Shown here: in pieces, positions 1-16,028 of the stretch
Position numbering within the stretch: the first letter of the stretch is position 1
Layout: each line of letters opens with the position of its first letter
Origin: Octopus vulgaris
Lineage: Eukaryota
Direction of reading: 5' to 3'
Length of the DNA: 64,000 nt
Assembly: GCA_951406725.2 (NCBI GenBank)
Contig: OX597822.1
Location: forward strand, 61,194,001 to 61,258,000
The notes under the pieces: generated by a model
The model's database searches: none
Seen by the model: only the letters and a program-made list of their open reading frames with translations
Told to the model about the DNA's origin: nothing
Made by a program: the position numbers and the translations under genes

Positions 1-338
1 AAGTCTCGAAGGCCAAGTAAAGGGTAATGGACACACCCTCTTCTCCTGATGAAAGGGTATTGGAACAAAAGAAAAATACTGATATCTTGGGTATTCAAAA
101 TCCCTGATTTTATTTATAATGAATTAGAACTCAAGCATCATGACACTGATAATAACAGGACTTTTGCATATAACTCCGTATGGAAAAAACTTTATTAATA
201 GGACAATCGATGGAGTAGAGGCCACATAGCCTGAAATAATAAGCAAAAATTCTCCCTCAAATGAAAATTGCCAATTTTAATTGAAATACTTGCACGAAAA
301 TTATGTAGACTTCCATCTGAAACTCTCCTCGATATATA

Positions 339-573
339 TCTATTTCTTTACTACTCACAAGGGGCTAAACACAGAGGAGACAAACAAGGACGGGCAGACG
401 GATTAAGTCGATTATATCGACCCCAGTGTGTAACTGGTACTTAATTTATCGACCCCGAAAGGATGAAAAGCAAAGTCGACCTCGGCGGAATTTGAACTCA
501 GAACGTTACAGCAGACGAAATACGGCTACGCATTTCGCCCGGCGTGCTAACGTTTCTGCCAGCTCGCCGCCTT
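339..573 (-). mobile_element. tRNA-derived SINE (family 1) with 15-bp target-site duplication
   Basis: Minus strand GGCGGCGAGCTGGCAGAAACGTTAGC (A box) ... GAGTTCAAATTCC (B box) ... CTTTTCATCCTTTCGGGGTCGATAAA core ... GTAAAGAAATA tail. TCTCCTCGATATATA flanks it at 324-338 and 574-588. Confidence 0.9.
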
Positions 574-3059
574 TCTCCTCGATATATACCAAAATCTAAA
601 GTTTTAGAGAGAAAGAAAATACGAATGCACAAAATGGATGTAATGGAAATCACAAATCTTCATTTCACAAAGCAAGTAGAGTAGTCACCATTTGGAAGGA
701 TTTACTTCAGAAAATGAACTATTGTGCTTAGATACAAATTCCCGTGGAAAGAATGCTAAACTATGAACATACACTTACCCAAATGGAACGAAAATTCAAC
801 TTATGTATTCATAAACCGAAAGTAGATTAGTAGTGAGATGAATTGTGAAATTTTAAACCAGTAGTTCCCAAAGTGTCCACCACTCTTTACTGGGTCTTCG
901 AGGCTGGTTGACGGGGATGCAAGCATTTAAAATTGAAAATATAATGGTTTGTTTCATATTTCAGTAGTCCAGATTTATTTGAGTGATTTTTTTCGAACTC
1001 TATGATAATAGCCGAAACCACAACAAGACACTCTTCTTCTCTGAGTATGTGACTAGTGATGCTGGGTAAACATCTAGATAGTGTAATGCCATGTAAAATC
1101 TTTCAGTGGCGGAATAGCATCTGTGATTGTCAGTTCCATAGATATTAGCAATGGTTCACTATTCGAACCAGCAGATCCTGATTAGTATCACTGACACTAT
1201 TCCCTCTTCCAGTATCTTGTAAGTTTCACTGTTTATCATTGGGGGCGTTGGAAAAAAAGGGTGGTGACAATGGGGTGACCAAAAGGGAGTGGTAATGGGG
1301 TGGCCAAAAAGAGGTGTAATGGATGTAAAACCAACAAAATAATGGGTCAGTTAGGGAAAGTTTTATTTGTGAATTACAGTTGTTTTGAATTTGCTGCAAA
1401 AAGTGCTCTATGTCTGTGGTGATGAATTGGGGTGGGGGTGAGGGCGCTAGAGAGGTAGCCTGAGAATCAAGGGAGCGGCAGCTTGAAAAAGTTTGAAAAC
1501 CACTCATTCTGATCATCAAATACGCAGTAATTAAAATTTTCAAAAACAATAACCAAAATATCAAAATTAATTTATCCATCCATCTTCATCGCCCACTTAT
1601 TCAAGTGAAGGGAAGAACATTCCACAGAGACGTAAACTTTCAATGCAATTCTCGAGGAGAATCACCATGACTGCGAGACTCGAACGATAAACCTTCGAAA
1701 TTGCAGGTATAGGTTTACCCAATTTCACTAACACAGCATCAGGCGACTCAAGCCTATAGTAAAGACACTTACTCAATATGTTTTGTACAGGGGTACCGCC
1801 TTGAAAAGCTTTTAGTCGAACGAAACGACTCCAGTACACATGTGGGTCTCTTTCAGTTTCTGTCTATAGGGTGGTCCGAAGGTCTTGTCACCCCCTACCG
1901 AAAAGTAATATTTGTTCCTTCTCGAGCCATGCCTGGCTCATAAGGGCCGGTTTCCTTGGCGTATATGTTCCCCACCTGGACGGGACGCCGGTCCGTTGCA
2001 GGTGAGCTGCAAGATGCAGGAGGAAAGAGTGAGAGAAAGTTGTGGCGAAAGAGTTAGCAGAAGTTCGCCATTACCTTCTGCCGGAGCCGCGTGGAGCTTA
2101 AGCGTTTCGCTCATAAACACACACATCGCCCAGTCTGAGATTCGAACCATGTGCCGCCACAAGAACAATATAATAATATCAAACACATGTACTGGTTTTA
2201 GTATATTCACCTCTATTGACACTGACACTATTAGACATCGAGAGGGTCTGTATGCAAGCCGGATTAAAACTCATAAAGGCCCTATGCACTCAAAAGATTT
2301 TGGTGCCTCCATGTATATGGAATTCAAAATATAAACAATAATAAAACATAGTATAAATGGATCTTTTCAATCTCTGACTGAGATTGAAAAGATCCGTATA
2401 AATTTTTATTTTTCAAAATGAAACAAAACTAACAGTAAGATGGAAAATAATGTTTATTTTTGTATACTTTCATTTTATTTATATTTGAAAAGTTCTCTCC
2501 CACTTTTTTTAATTGCAGTCTTCGATCAGCTCCTGAAAATTAATCTCACATAACACATCTGCTTCTATACTTAGTAGAGATAAGGCATCCCGAATATTAT
2601 TTTAGCAGGTTTAAAGCGATTTTTTTGGTACCGTAAACCATTTTCTATTTCCCCACTTCCCTTGATACCCTAAGCACGTGCTTATTTTGCTTAATGGTTA
2701 ATCCAGCGCTGTCTGTATGAACATCATTTTCGTGGCACAAAATGAGGCGGTGTTGTGTGATATTTTACAAAGCTGTGCCTTGGTGATTGTTGTAAAGGCT
2801 ACTGAAAGAGCGTCCTTCAACTGTTGGGTATTCTAGTATCGCGCTTGCGAAACCCTCTCCTTGATAAAAGAAAATTGAAACAATATTCACAGGAGATGAC
2901 AAGACTTTCGGACCACCCTGTACAAATCCACTCACATGGATTTGGTCGGCCAGAGGCTTCAGTTGAAGACATTTGCCCAAAGTGTCACAAAATTAATTCA
3001 CCCTAAAGTATATTAATTTATTTTTAATTCCAGACAGAAAATAAAAATTACATCCACTT

Positions 3060-6250
<3,191 letters not shown>

Positions 6251-6479
6251 TTTGTCACTATTTGTATTGAAATGGACTGCTTTTATTCCAGTTAGTTTTG
6301 TAAATAATGAAAAATTTAGTGAAATAAATTATTGCTAAGCTGGTATTGAAACATAACTTAATATGAAATTTTGATGGAAAATTTAAATTTAAATCACTTT
6401 AAGATAGGAAGTTTCTATCATAGAACTTGACTTGGTATTAAGTGTGTTGTGGTGGATGCCAGAGATAGGTAGTACCATG

Positions 6480-7200
6480 TTGGAATTTCTCCGTTTTGTC
6501 GGGGATTTTTCAGATTTTTTCTCACGGTGCCCTTGGAAATGATCTGGAGCATCGTTTTCATAAAAGAAGAAAATTCCGAAAAATGTTTTTTTTAATCCCC
6601 TACCTCCATCTTCTCTCTGGACCGATTTTGGCGGATTTTGTGGGCACTACGCATTAAAAAACTATTGGAGAAGCCTTTTCGGTAAAAAAAAAAAAAGAAA
6701 AAAATACATGTTCAGACGAAATGGTGTGTGACATTTGAGACATTTGGCTGTTGTTTCTAGCATATCCCATGAGCGGTAAGGTTGATAAAAACCGTAAATT
6801 TTCAAACTTTTTTTGATACCATGAATGAGTTTATGCTATTAATGGGGAGAAAAATATTGAAAAACATCAACACTTGAGAAAGAAACGAGGAAGGTGGTCA
6901 TAGGATATGCTAGAAACAACAGCCAAATCTCCCTTTAATCATACACCTTTTCATCTGAAAAATTTTTTTTTACCGAAAAGGCTTCTCCTATAGTTTTTAA
7001 GTGTGTAGTGCCCAAAAGAACGATTGTGCGTAGTGCCCACAAATTCGACCAAAATTGGTCCAGAGAAGGAAAGATGGGGTTGAGGGTAAAAAAAAAAAAC
7101 ATTTTCGAAAAATTTTTTTCTCAAAAAGATGCATCAGTTCATCTCCAGGGGCACTGTTAAAAGAAAATGAAACATCCGTGTCAAAATGGAGAAATTCCAA
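6480..7200. mobile_element. Foldback/MITE element with long (about 290 bp) imperfect inverted arms
   Basis: TTGGAATTTCTCC...GTGGGCACTACGCA...GGAGAAGCCTTTTCGGTAAAA...TTGGCTGTTGTTTCTAGCATATCC mirrored by GGATATGCTAGAAACAACAGCCAA...TTTTACCGAAAAGGCTTCTCC...TGCGTAGTGCCCAC...GGAGAAATTCCAA. Confidence 0.85.
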
Positions 7201-7769
7201 TTTGTTGGTGCTACCTCTCTGACGTTCGCCCGGGTTGGTGACTAAAGGGTATGAATTTATTTTAAATTAGCATAAGGATCAGGGAACCGTTTTGGTGTAA
7301 TTCTGCTTTACGCATGACATATAACCCCTCATAACTTTTTATTCTTAGGAAGTTTCGGAAAATGTTTGTGATTTTGTGTTCTACACACGGGAGTTCAAAC
7401 GACTATGCAAAAAAAAAAAAATCGTTTTTCAATTTTTTTAATTTTAAATAATTTTCTTTTTAATTTTTCGACTTTTTTTTCAAATCAGTTTAAAATACGC
7501 ACAGTCCGAATTTTTAACTAAAGTCCCAGCAATGGACCATTAAATGTGTTTATGAGGAGAAAGATATTGAAAAACATCAATACGTCACTGACAAACAAAC
7601 GTGGTCGTCAGCTGTGCTAAAAACAACAGCCAAATACACCTTAAATCATAATTTTTATATTTTTGTTTTTGGTTATTGCATTATTGTATGAGTTCCCGTG
7701 TTTAGAGTACAAGTTCGCAAGAATCTTTTGAAAATACAAAAAAATTGAGTTATGAGAGAACAGTTCTAT

Positions 7770-7953
7770 ATTTAAGACATGAGGAATTATGTACATTATT
7801 TACATTATTTACATTATTTACACTCGACGGATATTTGTCCTCTCTTGTGTGTTGTTAACACAACGTTTCGGTTGATATACGCTCCAGCCTTCTTCAGGTG
7901 TCTTGGGGAAATTTCGAACCTGGGTTCTCATTTTCCTAAGGTATTTTTCGATG

Positions 7954-8004
<51 letters not shown>

Positions 8005-8313
8005 TCACTGCTTGGAATCGAACTCGGAACCATGGGGTTAGTAGCCCGCGCTCTTAACCACTACGCCATATGCCCTTGGGTTTATGGCGTAGTGGTTAAG
8101 AGCGCGGACTACTAACCCCAAAATTCCGAGTTCGATTTCAAGCAGTGACCTGAACAATAACAATAGTAATAATAATAATAATAATAACACCGAAAAACAC
8201 CTTAGGAATGAGAACCCAGGTTCGAAATTTCCTCAGGCTGGAGGTATATCAGCCAAAACGTTGTGTTAACAACAAACAAGATGAGGACAAATATCCATCG
8301 AGTGTAAATAATG
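7770..8313. mobile_element. Head-to-head palindromic tRNA-headed element with a hammerhead-like motif
   Basis: Arms about 7812-8070 and 8083-8313 are inverted copies. Each starts TATGGCGTAGTGGTTAAGAGCGCGG...GAGTTCGATT (A/B boxes), followed by (AAT)n and a tail. CTGAAGA...CGAAACGTT is present in the left arm. Confidence 0.85.
7857..7902 (-). ncRNA. Minimal type I hammerhead ribozyme motif (one stem II mismatch)
   Basis: GACAC-CUGAAGA-A-GGCUG(gagcguauau)CAACC-GAAA-CG-UU-GUGUU. Stem I GACAC/GUGUU; palindromic AACGUU in place of stem III. Confidence 0.6.
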
Positions 8314-9137
8314 AAAATATTAAAAATTCTTTAGTGATAACAAATTTCAACTGACTTTTTATTTGAGTTTTTGACTATTACATAAATATTAGAGTAAATA
8401 GGTACTACTTAAGAAGAATGGTCCCAGTGCGCGCACTCGCGTACTCGCGCATCCGCGCTAGCTAGTCGTGACTAGTCAATCCTTACTTTTTTTGTGTGTG
8501 TTATTTACTTTGTTTAAAAAATTATTTACTTTGTGTTTTTGTGTTTTATTTACTTTGTTTTAAAAAAATTATTTACTTTGTGTAAAAAAAATTATTTTTG
8601 TGTTTTATTTACTTTGCTAGGTAGTCGTTGTAGGATCGACTAGTCACGACTAGCTAGCACGGATTTAAAGGTCACAGGGTTTCTACGTGCACGAGTGTGA
8701 ATATGATATAAAAATTTCCTAAGTACATAGTAGTTCACAGACAGACAAATCCCATTGCCACACTTCAAAAGAAATAAAATAAATTGTTTACCGCCTCACA
8801 GAGCTTTATTTAATGAAAAGGCGAATGTTTTACCTTTTCCCTGTTTCACTCATTATACTGTAGCTATGTTGGAGCACCAACTTGAAAGGTTTATTAAAAG
8901 AAATCAACCACAGTACTTGATTTTTGAATCTGGTACCTATTCTATCGGCCGTCGAGCGGTGGGGGTGAAACATGCACAAAGTCATATACACATACACACT
9001 TATATACACAAATATACATACATATATCTATATATATGTCAATCTCTCTCTCTCTCTCCCCCTTGAAAAGATCCCGTAACGCTCTCTCTCTCTCCCTGTT
9101 TGTGTGTGTATGTGTATAATAAAACAAGATATATATA

Positions 9138-9173
<36 letters not shown>

Positions 9174-9896
9174 CATGTATGTATGTATGTATGTATGTAT
9201 GCATGCATGTATGTATATGTTTGTCCTCGCCAACATCATTTGACAACCGATGCTGGTGTGTTTACATCCCCATAACATAGCGGTTCGGTAAAAGTGACTG
9301 ATAGAATAAGTACTAGGCTTACAAAGAATAAGTCCTGGCGTCAATTTGTTCGACTAAAGGCGGCGCTCCACCATGGCCGCAGTCAACTGACTGAAACAAA
9401 TAAAAGAATAAAATCATCTCTGACAGCTGTTTCTGGAATATGTATTGATATTTTAATTGGATTTTTAATTGGATTCCTCCCCACTTTTTAGACAAAACGA
9501 ACTACAATAATATCATTGATGAATAAAGTTCCTCCACTGTCACATCTGTTTAACCTCTCCCTCTGCGATGACGATATGCACGCCCTATGGAATCCTTGCC
9601 TGGCATGGTGTTCCAATTGCTAAGATATTTTAGAAACAACTGTTAGAGACTATGTACACCTTTTTATTATATAGCTAAAATTAAATGTCCTCGTCAAGTC
9701 TTGTCAAATCGTTTGTCTCTCTATTTCTCTTTTAATCTATATCTACCTGCTCAAGAGGAAGCTACTTCTAGCTACTTTAGAAAGGCAATCATTAAATAGC
9801 ATGTTCATCCGTAGTTCAAACCGGAATTTTAGTAGCATACCGTACCGAGTACTCAGAGTGCATACATATTAGTTGGAGTCATCCTGACGAAAACTC

Positions 9897-9935
<39 letters not shown>

Positions 9936-10031
9936 ATAACAAGAGATTTTGTTATTAGTTACTTCAAATATTGGTATTTACCTATGTTATTTAAATACAC
10001 CACTGGCCACTTCCACTTATATCTCTTAACG

Positions 10032-10126
<95 letters not shown>

Positions 10127-10350
10127 GTATGTATTTGTGTGTAGTGTTTGTTGCCCCACCATCGCTTCACAACCGATGTTGCTGTGTTTACGTCCCCATA
10201 ACTTAGCAGTTCGGTAAAAGTGACCGATAGAATAAGTACTAGGCTTACAAAGAATAAGTCCTGGTGTCGATTTGTTCGACTAAATGCAGTGCTCGAACAA
10301 TGGCGCAGTCAAATAAGTGAAACAAGTAAAAGAATAAAAGAATATAAATA

Positions 10351-10432
<82 letters not shown>

Positions 10433-10455
10433 GTAATATAATGTCACAAGTATTC

Positions 10456-10534
10456 GGTTGCCATAATAAAACTCCGAGTTTCGGATGTCGGGACGGAAAA
10501 CTGCTCCGGCATCTCGTCAGTTATCGAGGCAATC
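10456..10534 (-). ncRNA. Type I hammerhead ribozyme motif
   Basis: GAUUGCCUCGAUAA-CUGACGA-GAUGCCGG...CCGACAUCC-GAAA-CUCGGAG-UU-UUAUUAUGGCAACC. Stems I, II and III all pair; GUU cleavage triplet. Confidence 0.7.
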
Positions 10535-11600
10535 AAAAAATGCCATGAAAATGACCGTTAAACAAAGGGAAATTACTATGTAATTGACCGTTATTAAGAC
10601 AAAAGAGCTATATATATATATATTTCGACTCTACCGAAAACACTTGGTTGAAATGCGAACTTCTTAATTGCGCAGCCACACCTGCGTTTAGAGTTTTTCG
10701 TATTCATTTGTTTCAGCCATTTGACCGCAGCCATGCTGGGGCACCGCCCTAAAGCCTTTAGTCGATCACACTGATCGCAATAATTACTTTAAAACTGATA
10801 GTTTATCGAACTCCTTTTGTCGAATCGTTACTTTGTAATATATTGAGTTATTTGTTACTTTTTGTTTTGTTTAACCAATCATAGTTAAATAAAATATTCA
10901 GTGCGATTTAGCAATGGCTGCCTAAGTGAACCACTTGCAGCCTCCTCTCATTTTATTTAATCATCTACATCGTTATGACATGGTATAAAAGAGACATCAA
11001 GCAAACCAGCACAGGTTCTCAGGCAAAGAGAGACAAATACAAAGAAAAGCACATTGACAGTCTTCCACACAAGTTTCTGTCTTACAATTCGCTCACGAAG
11101 CATTGGTTGATCGGGAACTGTAACAGAAGACATTTGCCCAAGGCGATGCACTGTGGAACTGTCCCAAACCACGTGTTGGGTAACGAACTTTTTAACCTCA
11201 AAGCCTTGTCAGTGTTCACAAGCAGTGTTTCTTGGCGATGGCGTTGAATAAATTTAAAATGTCTAAATTTTATCAAAATATGAGAATATGTCTGCATCTA
11301 ACGGCACAAGTCTCCCTGTCCCCATTAGAATCCTGTATTAGATCAGTTCGGAGAGGAGGAAAGCCAATATAGCAGCCTTAACGTGTGGGCGTTAATAAAT
11401 ATATGAATAAATAAAAAAAATAATGTCACAATTTTGGCTACAAAAATGTCACGAGAGAAGAAACTGACCTTTTAAATACCATAAATAATAACTAAAGAAT
11501 TTAACTAATATTTAGTTCATGTTAGGATTAGAGTCTTTTTACGTAATCATTTATTGTAAATGGGAAAATACATGTTAAGCACATGACTGTGTGTGTGTGA

Positions 11601-11640
<40 letters not shown>

Positions 11641-12964
11641 ATGTGTGCGTCTCTGTGTGCATTTAGGAACTAACGTTATGATCGTAAATGGAAAATTGCC
11701 TTATGTAATAATACGTGACATGAATAAAGTTTTAACTTCCGCGTTTACTTTTTCAGATGTATTGACAGCATCAACATCCAGTCTGACAAAAGAAATGAGG
11801 TAACATGCTGTAATCGTGGTTCTAGCTGCCAACCACAGCGATTCGAGAATCCTCTGCTTCTTAAACGTGACCGGGTCCTTCTTGTTTAGAGTCAGCAGTG
11901 ACATGTTATATGTGGCCCTTAACCTTTAACCAGTTCTGTGCACCACATGGGATACACATGACATTTTCCCTTAACATTTTTGCATCATATACGATGCACA
12001 TACCCAATTTTTTTCAACCAACAGAGTATCTTAGGACTTATGAAAGAAAAGCATTATATTACTCAGAATGCATGCAACAACGGCTAAGTCTGAAAACAAG
12101 CAAACTTATGAAGCTGCTTTGGACAGACAAAGGGTTAAGAAACATTCTCAGCGGTTAGACATCGTAAAGATAGTCGAATTCGTCACTAGGTTCAGGACAT
12201 CATCGACGTCCTCAGCGGATCCATAAAAACCATTGTAAATCAACTGAATATGTTGGTATCTAGTATGTATTGCCCGTGCTCATAGGTACAAGTCCTACCT
12301 GACAGGGAGAACGTAGATCATGCTTGGCAAAGCTGGTCGAACCGTGAAATCAAAGACACCTCACCCTCAACAAAATGTGATCTATCTCTTTTGATTTGGA
12401 CATCCTGGGTGGCTGCGTTTCAGTTGACATGGAGAAGGGGACTGACAGGAAGCCCCGTGCTTTCTGAATGGTACACATAACAAAAAATTATATTGCGTTG
12501 TTTAGTAGTGCCTTAGGACGAGCCATATCTCATGCGACCCGGTTCTCATAAAAGATTGCCGATACCTGTGCTAAAGACGCCGGAGATTGCCATCTTGAGC
12601 ATTGTGGGTGTGATCTGGGTAGGGGGCCACTTGATCCTCACATGCAGCCTCTTCTGTGGTTGTATCGGTGCCCTCACTGGTGCTGAGGGCAGATTTGTTG
12701 AATTGCCTATTTCTTTGAAATATCTAGTTGACTGTTTTGAGCTGTGTTTTCTGGGCGTATATTTTCTGGGCCTCTATTTTCCTTAGCCTTATGTTTTATT
12801 CTCGGTTGTCTGACGCATGCTGTCTATATTTACATCCATCCATCCATCCATCCATCCATCCATCCATCCATCCATCCATCCATCCATCCATTCATACATA
12901 CATACATACACTCACAAGCATATATATCATACATATATTCGTTCATAATATATATATATATATA

Positions 12965-13727
12965 CTAGGGGAAGAAAAATTATCCGCACTTTCGCTATAA
13001 CTTTCTTTAGGTTAGCCGCACTGCCTTCAGTGTTGGCGTGTTAAAGGGTGGTACTATTGTGGTTACATGACCAAAGTTTGACTTTGATCGCTCGAGTTCT
13101 CTGTCTTGTGTTAAAGAGTAAACACAGCCACTGCACTAGCGGTGTGCACATGGAAGAACGGAGATCAGTGACCCGATTTCTCTAGACTGAAAGTTTGTCG
13201 GGAGCTGAAATTTATCGTGGGCTTTCAATCCAATACGGAGACAGCACTCTACTGCGTAAAAGTGTGTATGAGTGGATTAAGAAGTTTAAAAATGGCCGGA
13301 GAAGTGTGAAGTTTGAAGAGGGAGCAGGACGACCATTAACCTTCACCACTGACGAATATTCAAGAAGCTCGAGAGATAGTTCTGGCGAACCGATGTGTGA
13401 CCATCGATGAGGTGGAATCTTCTATGCAGATTAGTTATGGTTCTGCATTCGAAACTATCCACAACAAACCTTGCTTCTGTAAAGTTTGCCTGAAATGGGT
13501 GACAAGAGAGTTTGCCGAAACGCACAAGCGCACTCCTGTGGAGATCTGTCACCGCTTACTCGACTCGTAACAATGATGGAAGCAAAGCTTTTTTGGAGAG
13601 AATTGTCGCAACACATGAGACCTGGGTCCATCATTTTGAACCAGAATCCAAAAGGCAGAATATGGAGTGGAAACACCCAGTATCGCCAGCAAAAAAGAAA
13701 TTCAAGACTTTATCTTCTGCAAAACTA
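12965..13727 (+). pseudogene. Decayed mariner transposase fragment
   Basis: SGAEIYRGL...SVYEWIKKFKNGRRSV...GRP (HTH), KVCLKWVTR (WVPR-like) and FLERIVATHETWVHHFEPESKRQNMEW (TGDETW-like), with frameshifts. TIR-like start after TA. Truncated by (GT)n. Confidence 0.85.
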
Positions 13728-13758
<31 letters not shown>

Positions 13759-14179
13759 ATGCGTGTGTATGTGTGCGTGCGTGTGTGTGTGTGCGTGTGT
13801 ATGTGTGCATGCGTGTGTGATTGTGTGTGTGTGTGCCCACATACGCTCACAGCTTGTCACGTCGCAGTTTTTCTCCTCTTTTTCTTTAATCTCTCTCACA
13901 CACACACACACACACACATACACACACGATATACACGAATGATGAACTGTGTGAAACAAAACGTAAAAGCAGAAATCGATACATGTTAAACTGGTTTATT
14001 GAAACTAAATTTTCTCCTCACGGATCGAGTTTCATGTCACAACGAACTTCAAGTGAAAACTCGTCTGAAGTTCGCTGTAGCAGAAAACTTGAATCGCAAG
14101 AAAAGAATTAAGTTTCAATATATTAAATATACAAACCAAATAAAATACTTTTATGACTTTCAGGGACCCCTGTGGCAAA

Positions 14180-15141
14180 TAAAATGCTAACAAGAAATGA
14201 AAAACATACAGCCATTGTCGAAATATATGCGGAACACGGCGATTTAGAAATTTCCAACTTTCTAAATGCTATAAGATCTTTCAGCACAAACTTCGGAAGC
14301 ATCTGTTGTAGATATTTTATTTGTATGAAAGAGAGAGAAAAACAAACAGACATTCTAAACGTTTGAAAATTATAAGGACACCGCAGTTCCTCCAACTGAT
14401 TCAAAATATTGTCGATGATAATCCCAGAAAATCAATAACGGCCACTTCAGGTGTCTGAGTGGACTGTCAGAACTGTGGTGCTCGAGGACAGATCATATGC
14501 ACTGAAGTGATATCAATTCATGTCTGCAAACGGATAGTGAAACCGTTTGATCCGTACCAAGCGCCTACTTAGCAAGATTAAAAGCCCTCACGAACATAGC
14601 ATTCTTTCATTCTTTCCTGATGAGAAAATCTTCGAACAAGACCAAAGGTCCAACAGAAGAAACGACAGATGGTTATGTGTAGATCTTTCTGATATCCCTA
14701 GCAATTGTCATGGTTTTAGGTTTGGGGAGTAACGAAGTTTTATGTCATGCTATTTCACATCTTCCCACAGGGTTTTACAATTACTGAAATGCTGGAGACA
14801 GTTGTTTTGTCCTGGACGAATGAAGAGCGCTAATGGAAGGCCAAACGTGTTTCGACAATACTCAGCACCTTCTCACAGAGCCCACACACCCCAAGAATGG
14901 ATGTCAGACAATCTTTATGATTTCGTAACACCAAACTTGTGACCTCCAAACTCGCCAGACTTAAAATGGAGTGTTGTTGAAAGGGAGACATCCTCACAGC
15001 ACCTTAGCTTCACTGAAGACTGCCAATGTCTGTTGTCGAGTTGATGTCTGAAACGTATAAAAACCATTTAGTGCAGGCATGTCACTGATACTGATCCTGC
15101 ATCGAAAGAGTCAATGAAGCTGAAGGAGGATTCATAGAATA
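14180..15141 (+). pseudogene. Decayed Tc1/mariner-superfamily (maT/DD37D-like) transposase
   Basis: FFPDEKIF...NRRNDRWL, NGRPNVFRQYSAPSH (FQQDSAPxH-like) and *PPNSPDL, with many stops and frameshifts. Confidence 0.75.
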
Positions 15142-15541
15142 ATCTTATAGGAAAGTAAAGTAACTTGTTAAGAAAATATCTATAAGAGATGAAAGTACGG
15201 AACAAGCCATGTTGAAGTGGCGACAAACATTACCTCTCAGTATAGTTACTACTTTCATCTCTTATACTTTGTTGCAAGATCAGTGACCGAGTGTCACTTT
15301 AGAAGATTGTAGGGGTTCACTCCCCTGCTTGCAATATATAGCAGGTGCTGATCGCATCGATAACCAGTTCGAGGAGACATCTCTTGGGGGTTAAAGATAG
15401 TAGCAACGTCGGTTCGTACGGCACAGCCATAATGAAGTGGCGAGAAACATTACTTCTTATAAGAAAGCTTATCGAGAACACGCATAAATCTTTATTAAAA
15501 TACGTTCTCAAATACCTCTCGTACTGTGTGTGTATGTGTGA

Positions 15542-15605
<64 letters not shown>

Positions 15606-16028
15606 TATATATATAATATATATATATATAATATATATATATATATAATATATATATATATAATATATATATTATATATATATACCGAAACAGAGAGCAT
15701 AGGTGCTTCGTGTCTGAACGAAATTGCTAAACGAACAGTTCACCATTTGCAAACTCGATCTGAACAGTAGATCCAAAATAAATTAAAACAAATCGAAGTT
15801 GCTTTTAAATTAATAAATAAACACTTCGATAAACTGAGATGTGTTTTCTCTTCGAACGCATCACCGGCGCAACAACAACAACAACAACCTCAACAACAAC
15901 AAACTCAGCGGCAACAACAACAACAACAGCTACAGCAACAACAACAACTTCAGCAGCAACAACCTCAGAGGCAACAACAACAACCTCAACAACAACAACA
16001 GGATGAACCACTCCTTGATTCATCTACA

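Noticed and set aside
960-1579. Possible exon (TTTCAG...GTAAGT) and a 117-aa minus-strand ORF
   Set aside because: The frames I translated contain stops or show no recognisable domain; not supportable without transcripts.
8083-8150. Possible bona fide tRNA gene (also 51219-51290 and other A/B-box hits)
   Set aside because: No convincing acceptor stem or cloverleaf and no oligo-T terminator; each continues into a repeat body, so they are SINE-type heads.
12150-12800. GC-richer stretch that may be a retroelement relic (minus strand ...KEIDHIL...); a similar stretch at about 58450-59100
   Set aside because: At most one short motif; not enough to assign a family.
14616-14623. CTGATGA matches here and at about 46, 27255, 37266 and 60207
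   Set aside because: No correctly placed GAAA or stems. The 14616 hit is the PDEK codons of the transposase relic.
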